Counted from the first letter of the stretch, positions 29,322 to 39,415 are shown. The stretch: DNA of 64,000 bases from an uncultured Pseudomonadota bacterium (GCA_963749075.1 CAVVLJ010000017.1:160001-224000); one strand, 5' to 3'. The notes: generated by a model from the letters alone, not told the origin. Made by a program: numbers and translations.

Positions 29322-29897
29322 TCATGCATCGGAACATTCATCTTTTGAAGTATCTGCCGCCGCCGCCGGGAGGCGCTCGAAGCGCACGCGCCCCGCCGCG
29401 AGCTCGCCGTAGGACTGTGCTGCCAGGCTTGCGGCCTGCGCCCGCAGGTAGGCGGAGAGCACGGCCAGTTGCCGGGGCGCTGCGGCGACCGTGCCGAAGA
29501 GATTGCGGGCCAGCGCCGCGGCGAGCACGTCGCCGCCGCCCGCGAGTCCGGCCTCGTAGGCGGCGATGCGGCCATAGAGCGCCTTCGCCATTGTTTTGAC
29601 GCGCCGCCCGACGCCGAGGTCGCCCACGCCCAGCTCGCGCAGCCCGTGATCCATCGCGTCGAACATCGCATCGAAGAGCGCTTGCGCGAGGCGCTTCGCG
29701 GGGCGGCCCTCCTCGCGCAGCCGCTTGAGGATGAGGAAGACGTGGAGTGCTAGGAGCTCGAAGCGGCCGTCGAGCGTATCGGGCACGCCGAGCTCGAGGT
29801 AGAAGACCGGCCTGCGCGCAGCCGCCACGGCAGCACCATAGAGCGCCGCCGCCGCGTCCCGCTCGGCGGCTCCTTTTCTCAGTTTTATCAATGGCAT
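29322..29897 (-). CDS. Ubiquinol-cytochrome c chaperone (Cbp3 family)
   Basis: GVPDTLDGRFE, LRELGVGDLGV, YGRIAAY. Confidence 0.88.
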   Translation of the reverse strand: MPLIKLRKGAAERDAAAALYGAAVAAARRPVFYLELGVPDTLDGRFELLALHVFLILKRLREEGRPAKRLAQALFDAMFDAMDHGLRELGVGDLGVGRRVKTMAKALYGRIAAYEAGLAGGGDVLAAALARNLFGTVAAAPRQLAVLSAYLRAQAASLAAQSYGELAAGRVRFERLPAAAADTSKDECSDA

Positions 29898-30021
29898 CTC
29901 GTTCGAAGCCCGCAGCTCGGGTTGACAAGCCGGGCACCCGGTGCGATGCTCCGCACGAAGCGGGGGGCGAGCGCTCGGCACCCAAGGTGATTCCCTATAT
30001 GGATATGGCGTGGCGTTGATC

Positions 30022-30532
30022 ATGCAGCAATCGGGCATTTGCGTTTCCGCGGGGCGGGCTTGGGCCGCAGGTGCCGCCGCCCTGCTCATCGCACTGGGCC
30101 TTGGCGCCTGTTCGCCGCGCACCAATACCCACGGCAATCTGGTCGATCCCCAGCTTCTTGAGCAGGTGAAGCCGGGCGCGCTCAACAAGGATCAGGTGCA
30201 GACCCTCCTCGGCACGCCGTCGAGCATCAGCACCTTCGACCAGAACACCTGGTACTACATCGGCAAGCAGACCCAGCGCATCGCCTTCCTCGACCCCGAC
30301 GTGCTCGACCAGAAGGTCGTCGCCATCGAGTTCGACAGCAAGGGGACCGTGAAGGCCATCCACCAGTACGGCGAGGCCGACGGCAAGGAGGTCGACATGG
30401 TCGCGCGCACCACGCCCACGGGCGGCAAATCCTACGGCATGTTCGACCAGATTCTGGGAAGCCCTGACCGAGAAGTTCGGCGCCAGCAACGGGGCCGATG
30501 CGACCGCGCGCGATCCCTTCCTGAAGCGTTAG
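30022..30532 (+). CDS. bamE: Outer membrane assembly factor BamE (SmpA/OmlA), apparent +1 frameshift near 30463
   Basis: Lipobox LGAC, LLGTPS, WYYI; removing one C gives ILGSLTEKFG...FLKR* and removes the overlap with hppA. Confidence 0.85.
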
Positions 30533-30629
30533 GCGCTCTCCCTCAAGCGAGCCGGATGCTGCGGCAGAGGAGCCGCCGGCGCGGCTGGCTGCGGTGCTGC
30601 GCCCTTGGCGGACCGGCCGCGGCGCGCCC

Positions 30630-32720
30630 TCAGTGGGCGGCGAGGATCGCGAGCAGCAGAATGGCCACGATGTTGATGATCTTGATCATCGGGTTGACGG
30701 CCGGGCCGGCGGTGTCCTTGTAGGGATCGCCCACCGTATCGCCCGTCACCGCGGCCTTGTGGGCGTCCGAGCCCTTGCCGCCGAGGTGGCCCTCCTCGAT
30801 GTACTTCTTGGCATTGTCCCAGGCGCCGCCGCCCGAGGTCATCGAGATGGCGACGAAGAGCCCGGTCACGATGGTGCCGAGCAGCATGGCGCCGAGCGTG
30901 GTGAAGGCCGCCGCCCTGCCGCCCACGCCCCAGATCACCACCCAGAGCACGATGGGCGCCAAGACCGGCAGGAGCGAGGGCACGATCATCTCCTTGATGG
31001 CGGCGCGCGTCAGCATGTCGACGGCGGCGCCGTATTCGGGTTTCGCCGTCCCCTCCATGATGCCCTTGATCTCGCGGAACTGGCGGCGCACCTCGACGAC
31101 GACCTGGCCGCCGGCGCGGCCCACCGCCTGCATGCCGAGGGAGGCGAAGAGATAGGGCAGGAGGCCGCCGATGAAGAGCCCGATCACCACATAGGGGTCC
31201 TCGAGCCGGAAGGTGATCGACTTGGCGAGCACGGGGAAATAGTGCTGCAGGTCCTGGGTATAGGCGGCGAAGAGCACGATGGCCGCGAGCCCGGCCGAGC
31301 CGATGGCATAGCCCTTGGTCACCGCCTTGGTGGTATTGCCGACCGCGTCGAGGGCGTCCGTGGTCTTGCGCACGTCCTTGGGTAGATCCGCCATCTCGGC
31401 GATGCCGCCCGCGTTGTCGGTCACCGGGCCATAGGCGTCGAGCGCCACGACGATGCCCGCGAGCGCCAGCATGGTGGTGGCGGCGACCGCGATGCCGAAG
31501 AGGCCGGCGAAGAGATAGGCGACGATGATGCCGGCCGAGATCACCAGCACCGGAAGCGCCGTCGCCTCCATCGACACGGCGAGGCCCTGGATGATGTTGG
31601 TGGCATGGCCCGTGGTCGAGGCGTCGGCAATGCTCGTCACCGGCCGGTGGCCCGTGCCGGTGTAATACTCGGTGATCCATACGAGGAGGCCGGTGACGGC
31701 GAGACCGACGAGGGCGCAATAGAAGAGATGGGTCGAGGGGAACTGCTGGCCGCCCGCCTCGATCATGCCGAAGCCGAACATGCGCCAGATGATGAGTGCG
31801 ATCAGCACCGCCGAGATCGCCGCGGTGGCAAAGAGGCCCTTGTAGAGCGCACCCATGATGTTGTTCGACGGGCCCAGGCGCACGAAGAAGGTGCCGATCA
31901 CCGAGGCGATGATGCAGGCGCCGCCGATGACGAGGGGCAGGTGCATCATCTGCTCCTGCATGCGGCCGGTGAAGAAGATGGCGGCGAGCAGCATGGTCGC
32001 CACCGTGGTCACCGCGTAGGTCTCGAAGAGGTCGGCCGCCATGCCGGCGCAGTCGCCCACGTTGTCGCCCACGTTGTCGGCGATCACCGCCGGGTTGCGC
32101 GGATCGTCCTCGGGGATGCCGGCCTCGATCTTGCCCACGAGATCGGCGCCCACGTCGGCACCCTTGGTGAAGATGCCGCCGCCGAGCCGCGCGAAGATGG
32201 AGATGAGCGAGGCGCCGAAGCTCAGCGCCACCAGCGCCTCGAGGACGGGGCGCGGATCGTCGCCGGGAAAGAGCTGGCGCAGGATGGCGTAATAGCCGGC
32301 GACGCCGAGAATGCCGAGCCCGACCACGAGGAGCCCGGTCACGGCACCGGCGCGGAAGGCGAGCGCCAAGGCGGGGCCCAAGCCCCGGCGCGCCGCCTCG
32401 GCCGTGCGCACGTTGGCGCGCACCGAGACGTTCATGCCGATATAGCCCGCGGCACCCGAGAGGATGGCGCCGATGAAATAGCCGAGTGCCACGTACCAAT
32501 GCAGCAGCAGGCCCAGGATCACGCCGATGACGACGCCCACGATGGCGACCGTGGTGTATTGCCGGTTGAGATAGGCGCGCGCCCCCTCCTGGATGGCGGC
32601 GGCGATCTCCTGCATGCGCGCGTTGCCCGGGCTCGCGGCCAACACCGAGCGCCTGGCGAAAAAGCCGTAGATCAGCGCCAGCACGCCGCATGCTAGCGCA
32701 AATGGAATGGCGAGACTCAT
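30630..32720 (-). CDS. hppA: Membrane H+-translocating pyrophosphatase, K+-independent type
   Basis: [30 protein letters not shown]; GNTTKA (Lys) marks the K+-independent subfamily. Confidence 0.95.
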   Translation of the reverse strand: MSLAIPFALACGVLALIYGFFARRSVLAASPGNARMQEIAAAIQEGARAYLNRQYTTVAIVGVVIGVILGLLLHWYVALGYFIGAILSGAAGYIGMNVSVRANVRTAEAARRGLGPALALAFRAGAVTGLLVVGLGILGVAGYYAILRQLFPGDDPRPVLEALVALSFGASLISIFARLGGGIFTKGADVGADLVGKIEAGIPEDDPRNPAVIADNVGDNVGDCAGMAADLFETYAVTTVATMLLAAIFFTGRMQEQMMHLPLVIGGACIIASVIGTFFVRLGPSNNIMGALYKGLFATAAISAVLIALIIWRMFGFGMIEAGGQQFPSTHLFYCALVGLAVTGLLVWITEYYTGTGHRPVTSIADASTTGHATNIIQGLAVSMEATALPVLVISAGIIVAYLFAGLFGIAVAATTMLALAGIVVALDAYGPVTDNAGGIAEMADLPKDVRKTTDALDAVGNTTKAVTKGYAIGSAGLAAIVLFAAYTQDLQHYFPVLAKSITFRLEDPYVVIGLFIGGLLPYLFASLGMQAVGRAGGQVVVEVRRQFREIKGIMEGTAKPEYGAAVDMLTRAAIKEMIVPSLLPVLAPIVLWVVIWGVGGRAAAFTTLGAMLLGTIVTGLFVAISMTSGGGAWDNAKKYIEEGHLGGKGSDAHKAAVTGDTVGDPYKDTAGPAVNPMIKIINIVAILLLAILAAH

Positions 32721-32883
32721 GGTCCTGGTCCCTTGTCATGCTAGGCGATGACCGCCCCGAGCGGGCGGCAGCCTGCGAAGGCCGCCGCTGCCCCCCGGCG
32801 GTCCGCGAAACGGCGCGGACCATGCCAGAAAGGAGGCGGCGGCGCAACTCGCTTGCGAGCGGGCGGCCGGCCCCGGACGGCCC

Positions 32884-34086
32884 TCAGGCCGCCTGCGGCT
32901 CCGGGCGCCGGCTGAGCCAGACGATGGCGCCGCCCGCGATCATGAGGCCGGGGAGGATGGCGAGGTTGACCGCGTGCCAGCCGAAGAGGTTCTGCAGCGC
33001 GCCCGAGCTGAAGGAGCCGAGGGCGACGACCGCGAAGACGAGCGTGTCGTTGAGCGCCTGGACCTTGGTCCGCTCGGGCGGTCGATAGGCGTAGGTTAGA
33101 AGCGTGGTGGCGCCCACGAAGAGACAGCTCCAGCCGAGGCCGAGCAGCAAGAGCGCCAGCCAGAAGTTGGCCACCGCCACGCCCATGAGGTTGGTCGCGA
33201 GACAGCCCAGCATGAGGACGACGCCGGCCAGCATGACGCGCCGCACGCCGAAGAACTGGATGAGACGCCCCATGAAGAAGGCCGGGGCGTACATGCCGAA
33301 GACGTGCCACTGGATGACGAATGCCGTGTCCGAGAAGGAATGGCCGCAATCGGCCATGGCGAGCGGCGTCGAGGTCATCACCGTCGACATGCCGCCGTAG
33401 CCGAGCGTGGCACCGAGCAGGGCCACCACGGCCGTGGGCTGGCGCAGGATCTCGCCGAGCGGCCGGCCGCTCTCCCTGCGCTCGGCGGCCGTGAGGCCGG
33501 GGACCTCGAGAAAACGGATCACCACGGCGGACGCAAGCGCGAGGCCTGCCAAGGCGACGAAGCTGCCCGCGAAGATGACCGGCAGCAGCAGGTCCTTGGC
33601 CCAGATGGCGAGCTCCGGCCCGCAGAAGGCGGCGACCACGCCGCCCGCGAGCACGTAGGAGATCGCCCGGCCGCGCGCACCCTCGCCCGCCGCCTCGGCG
33701 GCGGTGAAGCGGTAATACATGGCGAAGGCGTTGAAGCTGCCGATGAGGAGTGCTCCCGCGCAATAGAGCGGGAAGCTGCGCACGAGCAAGGCATAGGCGG
33801 AGACGAGGCCGCCCGCTGCCATGATGCCGGCCCCGATCGTGAAGCCGCCGCGCCGCCCGAGCCGGCGCATGAGGAAGGAGGCCGGGCTCGTGGCGACCAT
33901 GGTGGCGAGATACTGGAGCGCCATCGGCAGCGTCACCAGCGCGGGGTCGGCGGCGATGGTCGTGGCGGCGAGCGCCGTCGTCGTGGTGACGAGCGACATG
34001 CCCGTATTGGCAAGCGCCTGCAAGGCGAAGAGAAGATGCACGCTTTTGGGGAAGCGCGGGAGGGAGAGGCGCAACATCGGCCGCAC
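32884..34086 (-). CDS. MFS transporter
   Basis: About 12 hydrophobic segments, MRRLGRRGGF, YRFTAAE, IQWHVFGMYAP. Confidence 0.88.
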   Translation of the reverse strand: MRPMLRLSLPRFPKSVHLLFALQALANTGMSLVTTTTALAATTIAADPALVTLPMALQYLATMVATSPASFLMRRLGRRGGFTIGAGIMAAGGLVSAYALLVRSFPLYCAGALLIGSFNAFAMYYRFTAAEAAGEGARGRAISYVLAGGVVAAFCGPELAIWAKDLLLPVIFAGSFVALAGLALASAVVIRFLEVPGLTAAERRESGRPLGEILRQPTAVVALLGATLGYGGMSTVMTSTPLAMADCGHSFSDTAFVIQWHVFGMYAPAFFMGRLIQFFGVRRVMLAGVVLMLGCLATNLMGVAVANFWLALLLLGLGWSCLFVGATTLLTYAYRPPERTKVQALNDTLVFAVVALGSFSSGALQNLFGWHAVNLAILPGLMIAGGAIVWLSRRPEPQAA

Positions 34087-34170
34087 GATAGCACGGCCAT
34101 GGCAAGCGTAAAGGGCGCCGCCGTCCCTCCCTCTCGCGTAATCTGGAGAGGGGTCAAAGCGAACGCGACA

Positions 34171-34230
34171 TCCCCTCTCCCGCTCGCGGGAGAGGGAGGG
34201 GCCCAGCGCAAAGCGCTGGGAGGGTGAGGG
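34171..34230. repeat. REP-like palindromic element
   Basis: CCCTCTCCCGC-TC-GCGGGAGAGGG hairpin, second hairpin, GGGTGAGGG tail; same pattern at 56714-56779. Confidence 0.8.
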
Positions 34231-34238
34231 ACCGCTCC

Positions 34239-34301
34239 CTGGAAATGCCGATAGCCCGCCCGCGCGAGCTTGATCTCGCGCACGGCCGCGTCGAAGACGC
34301 G
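34239..34301 (-). pseudogene. Orphan diverged copy of the thiL 3' end
   Basis: 55/63 nt identical (hand alignment) to 35706-35768; RVFDAAVREIKLARAGYRHFQ vs RVLDEAGREVKLARTGYRHF*. Confidence 0.85.
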
Positions 34302-34306
34302 GCCCC

Positions 34307-34480
34307 CTACGACCCGGTCGCCCCTACGACCGGCCAGACCGACGTTAGAACCCAGTTGGTGCCGTCGTCGGTGATCACGCTTGACGTTGCGCCTCCAGAG
34401 AGACGCGCCTGACGCTCCTTCTCGACCTTGCTCCCGGTGGGGTCCGCAGCCTTGGGAAATTTCTCGACGACCGTCGCCAT
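34307..34480 (-). CDS. 57-aa microprotein absent from the ORF track
   Basis: RBS GGAGGAGG, ATG 10 bp after the upstream stop; MATVVEKFPKAADPTGSKVEKERQARLSGGATSSVITDDGTNWVLTSVWPVVGATGS*. Confidence 0.65.
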   Translation of the reverse strand: MATVVEKFPKAADPTGSKVEKERQARLSGGATSSVITDDGTNWVLTSVWPVVGATGS

Positions 34481-34490
34481 TGCCTCCTCC

Positions 34491-35462
34491 CTACTTATTC
34501 ACGACTTTCTCCACGATGCTCAGCGCATCGGTCCATTGCTTCATCGAGGCTGCGTCACGATCGTCATTGATTTGCCAGGCAAGCAAAACCTGTTTCGCAG
34601 CGTCGCCGTTGGTCAGCCATTGACCCTTCGGATCGATCGCCTTCACCAGATCCTGCAGCGACTTCGAGCGATTTTTGAGATCGTCTGCCATAATCTTGGC
34701 CAACGCCAGGGCCTGGGCAGCCGTCAGGGCCTTGAGGCGAGCCTGTATTGCCGTCGCGTCCGGCAATTTATTGAGAAACGAGGCATCCCGCGCGATGTTG
34801 ATGATTGCTTGCTGCGAGGTACTGGCCGATGCGCCCGCGTCATTGACGATGCCCGTGATGGCGTCGGGAATGCTGCCGGCCGTATCGTACGCGCCGAGAT
34901 CGACGAGCGCCTGGTCGAGGGAATAGTCCGCATCGGACTTGCCAAGGCCCGTCTTGATCGGCACCAACGCCTTGAGGCGGCCGGCTTCCATTGCGGCCAG
35001 CAGCGCCGGAATGGTCTTCTGGTAGAAGAGATCCTTGTCCACGACGCCCTCTGCCCCGACGATGCCGGCCGAGGCCGCGGCGAGCGCCGCCTTCGTCCCC
35101 GCGCCACCGGTCACGGCACCGGCGGCGTTCAGCCCGAGGACGACCCACTCCGACCCGATCGAGAAGGTGTTGTTGTCGCCCGCCAGCGCCTTCTCGAACT
35201 TCTTGAATTCGATGTCGTAGGCGCGCAGCCGGCCGTAGACGACCTCATCGCGGATGTGCTTGCGCAGCACAGCATCGGTCGAGTCGTGATAGTTGGTCAC
35301 GAGATCCGGCGCAAAATATTTCTGGAGTGATGCGAGCTCGGCATCGGGATCGGCGGGCTCCGGCGGATAGCCGCTGAGGCTCGAGCAAGCCGCCAGGACC
35401 GCGCACAAGATCAACGTCGCGAAGGCGCGATGCCCCCTGCCGCTGACAGCGTCTCGAAGCAT
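34491..35462 (-). CDS. Hypothetical lipoprotein (323 aa)
   Basis: Lipobox LAAC, central Gly/Ala-rich hydrophobic stretch, visibly more AT-rich than flanks. Confidence 0.8.
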   Translation of the reverse strand: MLRDAVSGRGHRAFATLILCAVLAACSSLSGYPPEPADPDAELASLQKYFAPDLVTNYHDSTDAVLRKHIRDEVVYGRLRAYDIEFKKFEKALAGDNNTFSIGSEWVVLGLNAAGAVTGGAGTKAALAAASAGIVGAEGVVDKDLFYQKTIPALLAAMEAGRLKALVPIKTGLGKSDADYSLDQALVDLGAYDTAGSIPDAITGIVNDAGASASTSQQAIINIARDASFLNKLPDATAIQARLKALTAAQALALAKIMADDLKNRSKSLQDLVKAIDPKGQWLTNGDAAKQVLLAWQINDDRDAASMKQWTDALSIVEKVVNK

Positions 35463-35705
35463 GGTCTGTCCCCTGCCTAGACGTATGTACCATCCCGCGC
35501 TGAAGCCGATTGGCACGGACCTCAGCGAGGACCCCCCACTTCTTGGCGCTATCTTTGTTAGAATATCGCTCACTGTTATACAATAATTGAGAATTATCAT
35601 TTTCTCGGCATGGTGGCAATGCGGACGTTTTCTCGATCTCAGCTGGCGGCGGCAGTACGGATCACGCCGAGACGCCGGGCGTCCGATCGCCGGAAGCATG
35701 GCGCG

Positions 35706-36722
35706 CTAGAAATGCCGGTAGCCCGTCCGCGCGAGCTTGACCTCGCGGCCGGCCTCGTCGAGGACGCGCACGCCGGCACCGCGCCCGATCCTGCCGATGC
35801 GCGTGAGCGGCAGGCCGAGCCTGCGGCCGAGCCGCGCGAGTGCCGTCTCCGCAGCCGGCGGGGCGGTGAAGAGGAGCTCGTAGTCGTCGCCGCCCGCGAG
35901 CACGCTCTCGACGAGGCCGCCGTCGCTCGCGAGCGCTGCCCGCGCGGCGGGCGAGAGCGGCACGGCTGCGGCCTCGAGCGCGGCGCCCACCCGGGAGGCA
36001 GCGCAAATGTGCTGGAGATCGCCCACGAGCCCGTCGGAGATGTCCATGGTCGCGTGCGCGAGCCCGTAGAGGCGCCGGCCGAGGGCGAGGCGCGGCTGCG
36101 GCAGGCGGTAGCGCCCCGCGAGGAAGCGGCGCGCGGCGGCGGCGAGCGCGCCCAGCTCGCCGCGGATGGCCTTGAGGCCGAGTGCTGCGTCCCCGATGGT
36201 GCCCGAGACGAAGATGCCGTCGCCGCGTCGCGCCGCCGAGCGCAGCAAGCGCTTGCCCGCGGGAATGGCGCCGATGGCGGTGAGCGAGAGCGTGAGCGGC
36301 CCTGGCGTCGCGTCCGTGTCGCCCCCGGCAAGGCGGATGCCGAACTCCTCCTGGTCGGCGGCGAGCCCTGCGGCGAAGCGGCGGAGCCAGCCGTAATCGA
36401 GCTCCGCCGGCAGCATCATGGCGAGCGTATAGACGAGCGGCCGGGCACCCTTGGCGGCGAGGTCGGAGAGATTGACGCGCAGGAGCTTCTGCGCCACGAG
36501 CTTCGCCGGATCGTCGGTGAGGAAATGCACGCCGGCAACGAGCGCGTCGGTCTTGAGCACGAGCTCCTCGCCCGCGCGCACCAGGCCGCCGGCCAAAGCG
36601 AGATAGGCGACATCGTCGGTGAGCCCGTAGGCGCCGGCAAAGCCGCGCGCGAGCGGTGCGAAGAGGCGGGCGATGAGCTCGAACTCACCCGGCCGGTGCT
36701 GAGCCTGCTTCGCTCTTGCCAC
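35706..36722 (-). CDS. thiL: Thiamine-monophosphate kinase
   Basis: GEFELI, VNLSDLAAKGA, GGDT, DISDGL, GGDDYEL, GYRHF. Confidence 0.95.
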   Translation of the reverse strand: MARAKQAQHRPGEFELIARLFAPLARGFAGAYGLTDDVAYLALAGGLVRAGEELVLKTDALVAGVHFLTDDPAKLVAQKLLRVNLSDLAAKGARPLVYTLAMMLPAELDYGWLRRFAAGLAADQEEFGIRLAGGDTDATPGPLTLSLTAIGAIPAGKRLLRSAARRGDGIFVSGTIGDAALGLKAIRGELGALAAAARRFLAGRYRLPQPRLALGRRLYGLAHATMDISDGLVGDLQHICAASRVGAALEAAAVPLSPAARAALASDGGLVESVLAGGDDYELLFTAPPAAETALARLGRRLGLPLTRIGRIGRGAGVRVLDEAGREVKLARTGYRHF

Positions 36723-37230
36723 CCTTCACCTCGCCCATCTCCGCCGGGCGCAGGATGCGCGCCAGGCGATCGAGCACGCCGTTCACCATGCCGACCTCCT
36801 TGACCGCGAGAAAGGCGTGGGCCACGTCGACATATTCGTTGATCACCGCGCGCGCCGGCACCGTCGGGCGATGCATGAGCTCGTAGGCGCCCGCGCGCAG
36901 CACCGCCGCCATCACCTTCTCGATGCGCGCAAGCGGCCAATCCGCGACGAGCAGGCTTGCGATCATGGCGTCGAGCTCGGGCCGCGCCTCGGCCACGCCG
37001 CGCACGAGGGCGGCGAAGAGCGCCATGTCAGTCTCGAGCGCGTGGCCGCCGTCCTCGAGCTCGGCGCCGCCGCGGTGGCCGAGGAACTCGGCCACCACCG
37101 TCCCGGCCGTCTCGCCCGACATTTCGAGCTGGTAGATGGCCTGCACCGCGGCGAGCCGCGCCGAGCTCAGCACGCGCGCCGATGTGGCTGAAGTCGCCGC
37201 CGGGGCTTGCCGGTCCTGGCGCGCGGCCAT
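36685..37230 (-). CDS. nusB: Transcription antitermination factor NusB
   Basis: ARLAAVQAIYQ, VINEYVDVA, VNGVLD. Confidence 0.94.
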   Translation of the reverse strand: MAARQDRQAPAATSATSARVLSSARLAAVQAIYQLEMSGETAGTVVAEFLGHRGGAELEDGGHALETDMALFAALVRGVAEARPELDAMIASLLVADWPLARIEKVMAAVLRAGAYELMHRPTVPARAVINEYVDVAHAFLAVKEVGMVNGVLDRLARILRPAEMGEVKGGKSEAGSAPAG

Positions 37231-37234
37231 GACG

Positions 37235-37699
37235 CTACGGCCGCCCGCGCCCGAGCCGGCGCTTCAGCGCCAGCATCTCCAGGCAGGCACGCGCCGCCTG
37301 GGCGCCCTTGTTCTGCCCGTCGAGGGAGGCGCGCGCCCACGCCTGCTCGCGATTGTCGCAGGTAAGCAGGCCGAAGCCGAGCGCCAGCGCATGCTCGAGC
37401 GCAAGCGCCTGCAAGCCGCGCGCGCACTCGCCGCAGATGAGATCGTAATGGCTGGTCTCGCCGCGGATGACGCAGCCGAGCGCCACGAAGCCGTCGAAGG
37501 CGCCTGCCGCACCTCTCGGTCCGCTGGGGGAAAGCGCGTATTTGATCGCCGCCGGGATCTCGAAGGCGCCCGGCACGGCGAAGCGCTCGTAGGAGGCGCC
37601 CGCCGCCTCGAGCACGGCCACGGCGCCGCGGCAGAGCTCGTCGGCGATGTCCGCGTAGTAGCGCGCCTCCACGATCATGACGTGCGCTCGCTCGGCCAT
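37235..37699 (-). CDS. ribH: 6,7-dimethyl-8-ribityllumazine synthase
   Basis: VPGAFEIP, GCVIRGETSHYD, NKG. Confidence 0.95.
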   Translation of the reverse strand: MAERAHVMIVEARYYADIADELCRGAVAVLEAAGASYERFAVPGAFEIPAAIKYALSPSGPRGAAGAFDGFVALGCVIRGETSHYDLICGECARGLQALALEHALALGFGLLTCDNREQAWARASLDGQNKGAQAARACLEMLALKRRLGRGRP

Positions 37700-38818
37700 T
37701 CAGTCCTCGTGGAGCGGGATGGGGCGCTGCTCGGCCACGGTGAGGCCGTAGCCCTCGAGCCCGACGATGGTTCGCTTGGTGTTCGAGAGGAGGATCATAG
37801 TCCTGATGCCGAGATCGAGCAAAATCTGCGCGCCGACGCCGTAGTCCCTGAGCCCGCTCGGCCGGTTCTCGGCGCCCGCCGCGCGCGCGGTCACGGAATC
37901 CGAGACGCTCGTCGCCCGCGGCTCGCGGATGAGCACGACGACGCCGCGGCCGGCCTCGGCGATCATGCGCATGGAGGCCTCGAGCTCGCCGCCGCGGCCG
38001 CCCGAGCGCTCTCCCAGCGCATCGTGCAGCACGTCGAGCGCGTGCATGCGCACGAGCGGGGGGGCACCCTCCGCGGGATCGCCGCGCACGAGGGCGATGT
38101 GCTCGGCATAGGCCACCTTGTTGACGTAGACGATCATGCGGAACTCGCCGCCGTAGCGGCTCCTGATCACCGTCTCGGCGCCGCGCTGGACGATGCGGTC
38201 GTTGCGCAGGCGATAGGCGATGAGGTCGGCGATCTTGGCGACCTTGAGGCCGTGGAACTGGGCGAAGCGGATGAGGTCGGGCATGCGCGCCATGCTGCCG
38301 TCCTCGTTCATGATCTCGCAGACCACGCCCGACGGATTGAGCCCGGCGAGGCGCGCGAGATCGACCGCCGCCTCGGTGTGGCCGGCGCGCACGAGCACGC
38401 CGCCGTCGCGCGCCAAGAGCGGGAAGATGTGGCCCGGCGTGACGATGTCCTCCTTGCCCTTGGCCGGGTCGATCGCCACCGCGATGGTGCGCGCGCGGTC
38501 GGGCGCCGAGATGCCGGTCGAGACGCCGGTGCGCGCCTCGATCGACACCGTGAAGGCCGTCTGGTGGCGCGAGGCGTGGTGCTGCGGCATGAGCGGCAGG
38601 CCGAGGTGCTCGACGCGCTCGCGCGTGAGCGCCAGGCAGACGAGGCCGCGGCCGTGCTTGGCCATGAAATTGATCGCCTCGGGGGTCGCCATCTGCGCCG
38701 GGACGACGAGATCGCCCTCGTTCTCCCGGCTCTCGTCGTCGACCAGGATGAACATGCGGCCGTTGCGGCCCTCGTTGATGATCTCGTCGATCGAGGAGAG
38801 GAATTTGCTGTCGGGCAA
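37700..38818 (-). CDS. ribB: DHBP synthase fused to a degenerate GTP cyclohydrolase II-like domain (RibBX type)
   Basis: DDESRENEGD, RAGHTEA, CEIMN; C-terminal domain lacks the Zn-binding cysteines. Confidence 0.9.
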   Translation of the reverse strand: MPDSKFLSSIDEIINEGRNGRMFILVDDESRENEGDLVVPAQMATPEAINFMAKHGRGLVCLALTRERVEHLGLPLMPQHHASRHQTAFTVSIEARTGVSTGISAPDRARTIAVAIDPAKGKEDIVTPGHIFPLLARDGGVLVRAGHTEAAVDLARLAGLNPSGVVCEIMNEDGSMARMPDLIRFAQFHGLKVAKIADLIAYRLRNDRIVQRGAETVIRSRYGGEFRMIVYVNKVAYAEHIALVRGDPAEGAPPLVRMHALDVLHDALGERSGGRGGELEASMRMIAEAGRGVVVLIREPRATSVSDSVTARAAGAENRPSGLRDYGVGAQILLDLGIRTMILLSNTKRTIVGLEGYGLTVAEQRPIPLHED

Positions 38819-38821
38819 GGC

Positions 38822-39415
38822 TCAGCTCCTCCCGAGCATCCGCGCGACATAGCGCGCGAGCGTGTCGACCTCGAGGTTGACCCGGTCGCCTGCCTTCGCC
38901 TCGCCGAAACTGGTGACGCGCCGCGTGTGGTCGATGATGTTGACTCCGAACGAGCTGCCCTCGACCTCGTTCACGGTGAGCGAGACGCCGTCGAGCGCCA
39001 GCGAGCCCTTGGAGGCGACGAAGCGCGCGAGTGCCTCCGGCAGCGTGACGGCGAAGCGCAGGCTGCCGCCCTCGGGCGTGATGCGCGCGATCTCGGCCAC
39101 CCCGTCCACGTGGCCGCTCACGAGATGGCCGCCGAGCTCGTCGCCGAGGCGGAGCGCCTGCTCGAGGTTGACGGCGCGGCCGGGGCGCCACTCTCCGAGC
39201 GTGGTGCGCAGGAGCGTCTCTCCCGAGGCCTCGGCCGCGAACCAGCCGGGCCCCTTGTCGACCACGGTCAGGCAGACGCCGGAGCAGGCGATCGAGGCGC
39301 CGGCCGCCACGCGCGCCATGTCGTAGGCGGTCGCGAAGGTGAAGCGCGTATCGCCGCTCGACGCCCGCTCGGCAGCACTGAGCCGCCCGAGATCGGTGAT
39401 GATGCCCGTGAACAT
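38822..39415 (-). CDS. ribE: Riboflavin synthase
   Basis: MFTGII, GVCLTV, GGHLVSGHVD, VNLEVD. Confidence 0.96.
   Translation of the reverse strand: MFTGIITDLGRLSAAERASSGDTRFTFATAYDMARVAAGASIACSGVCLTVVDKGPGWFAAEASGETLLRTTLGEWRPGRAVNLEQALRLGDELGGHLVSGHVDGVAEIARITPEGGSLRFAVTLPEALARFVASKGSLALDGVSLTVNEVEGSSFGVNIIDHTRRVTSFGEAKAGDRVNLEVDTLARYVARMLGRS

Noticed and set aside
34304-34331. Short direct repeat CCCCTACGACC twice
   Set aside because: Only two 11-bp copies at the microprotein 3' end; probably local slippage, not an array
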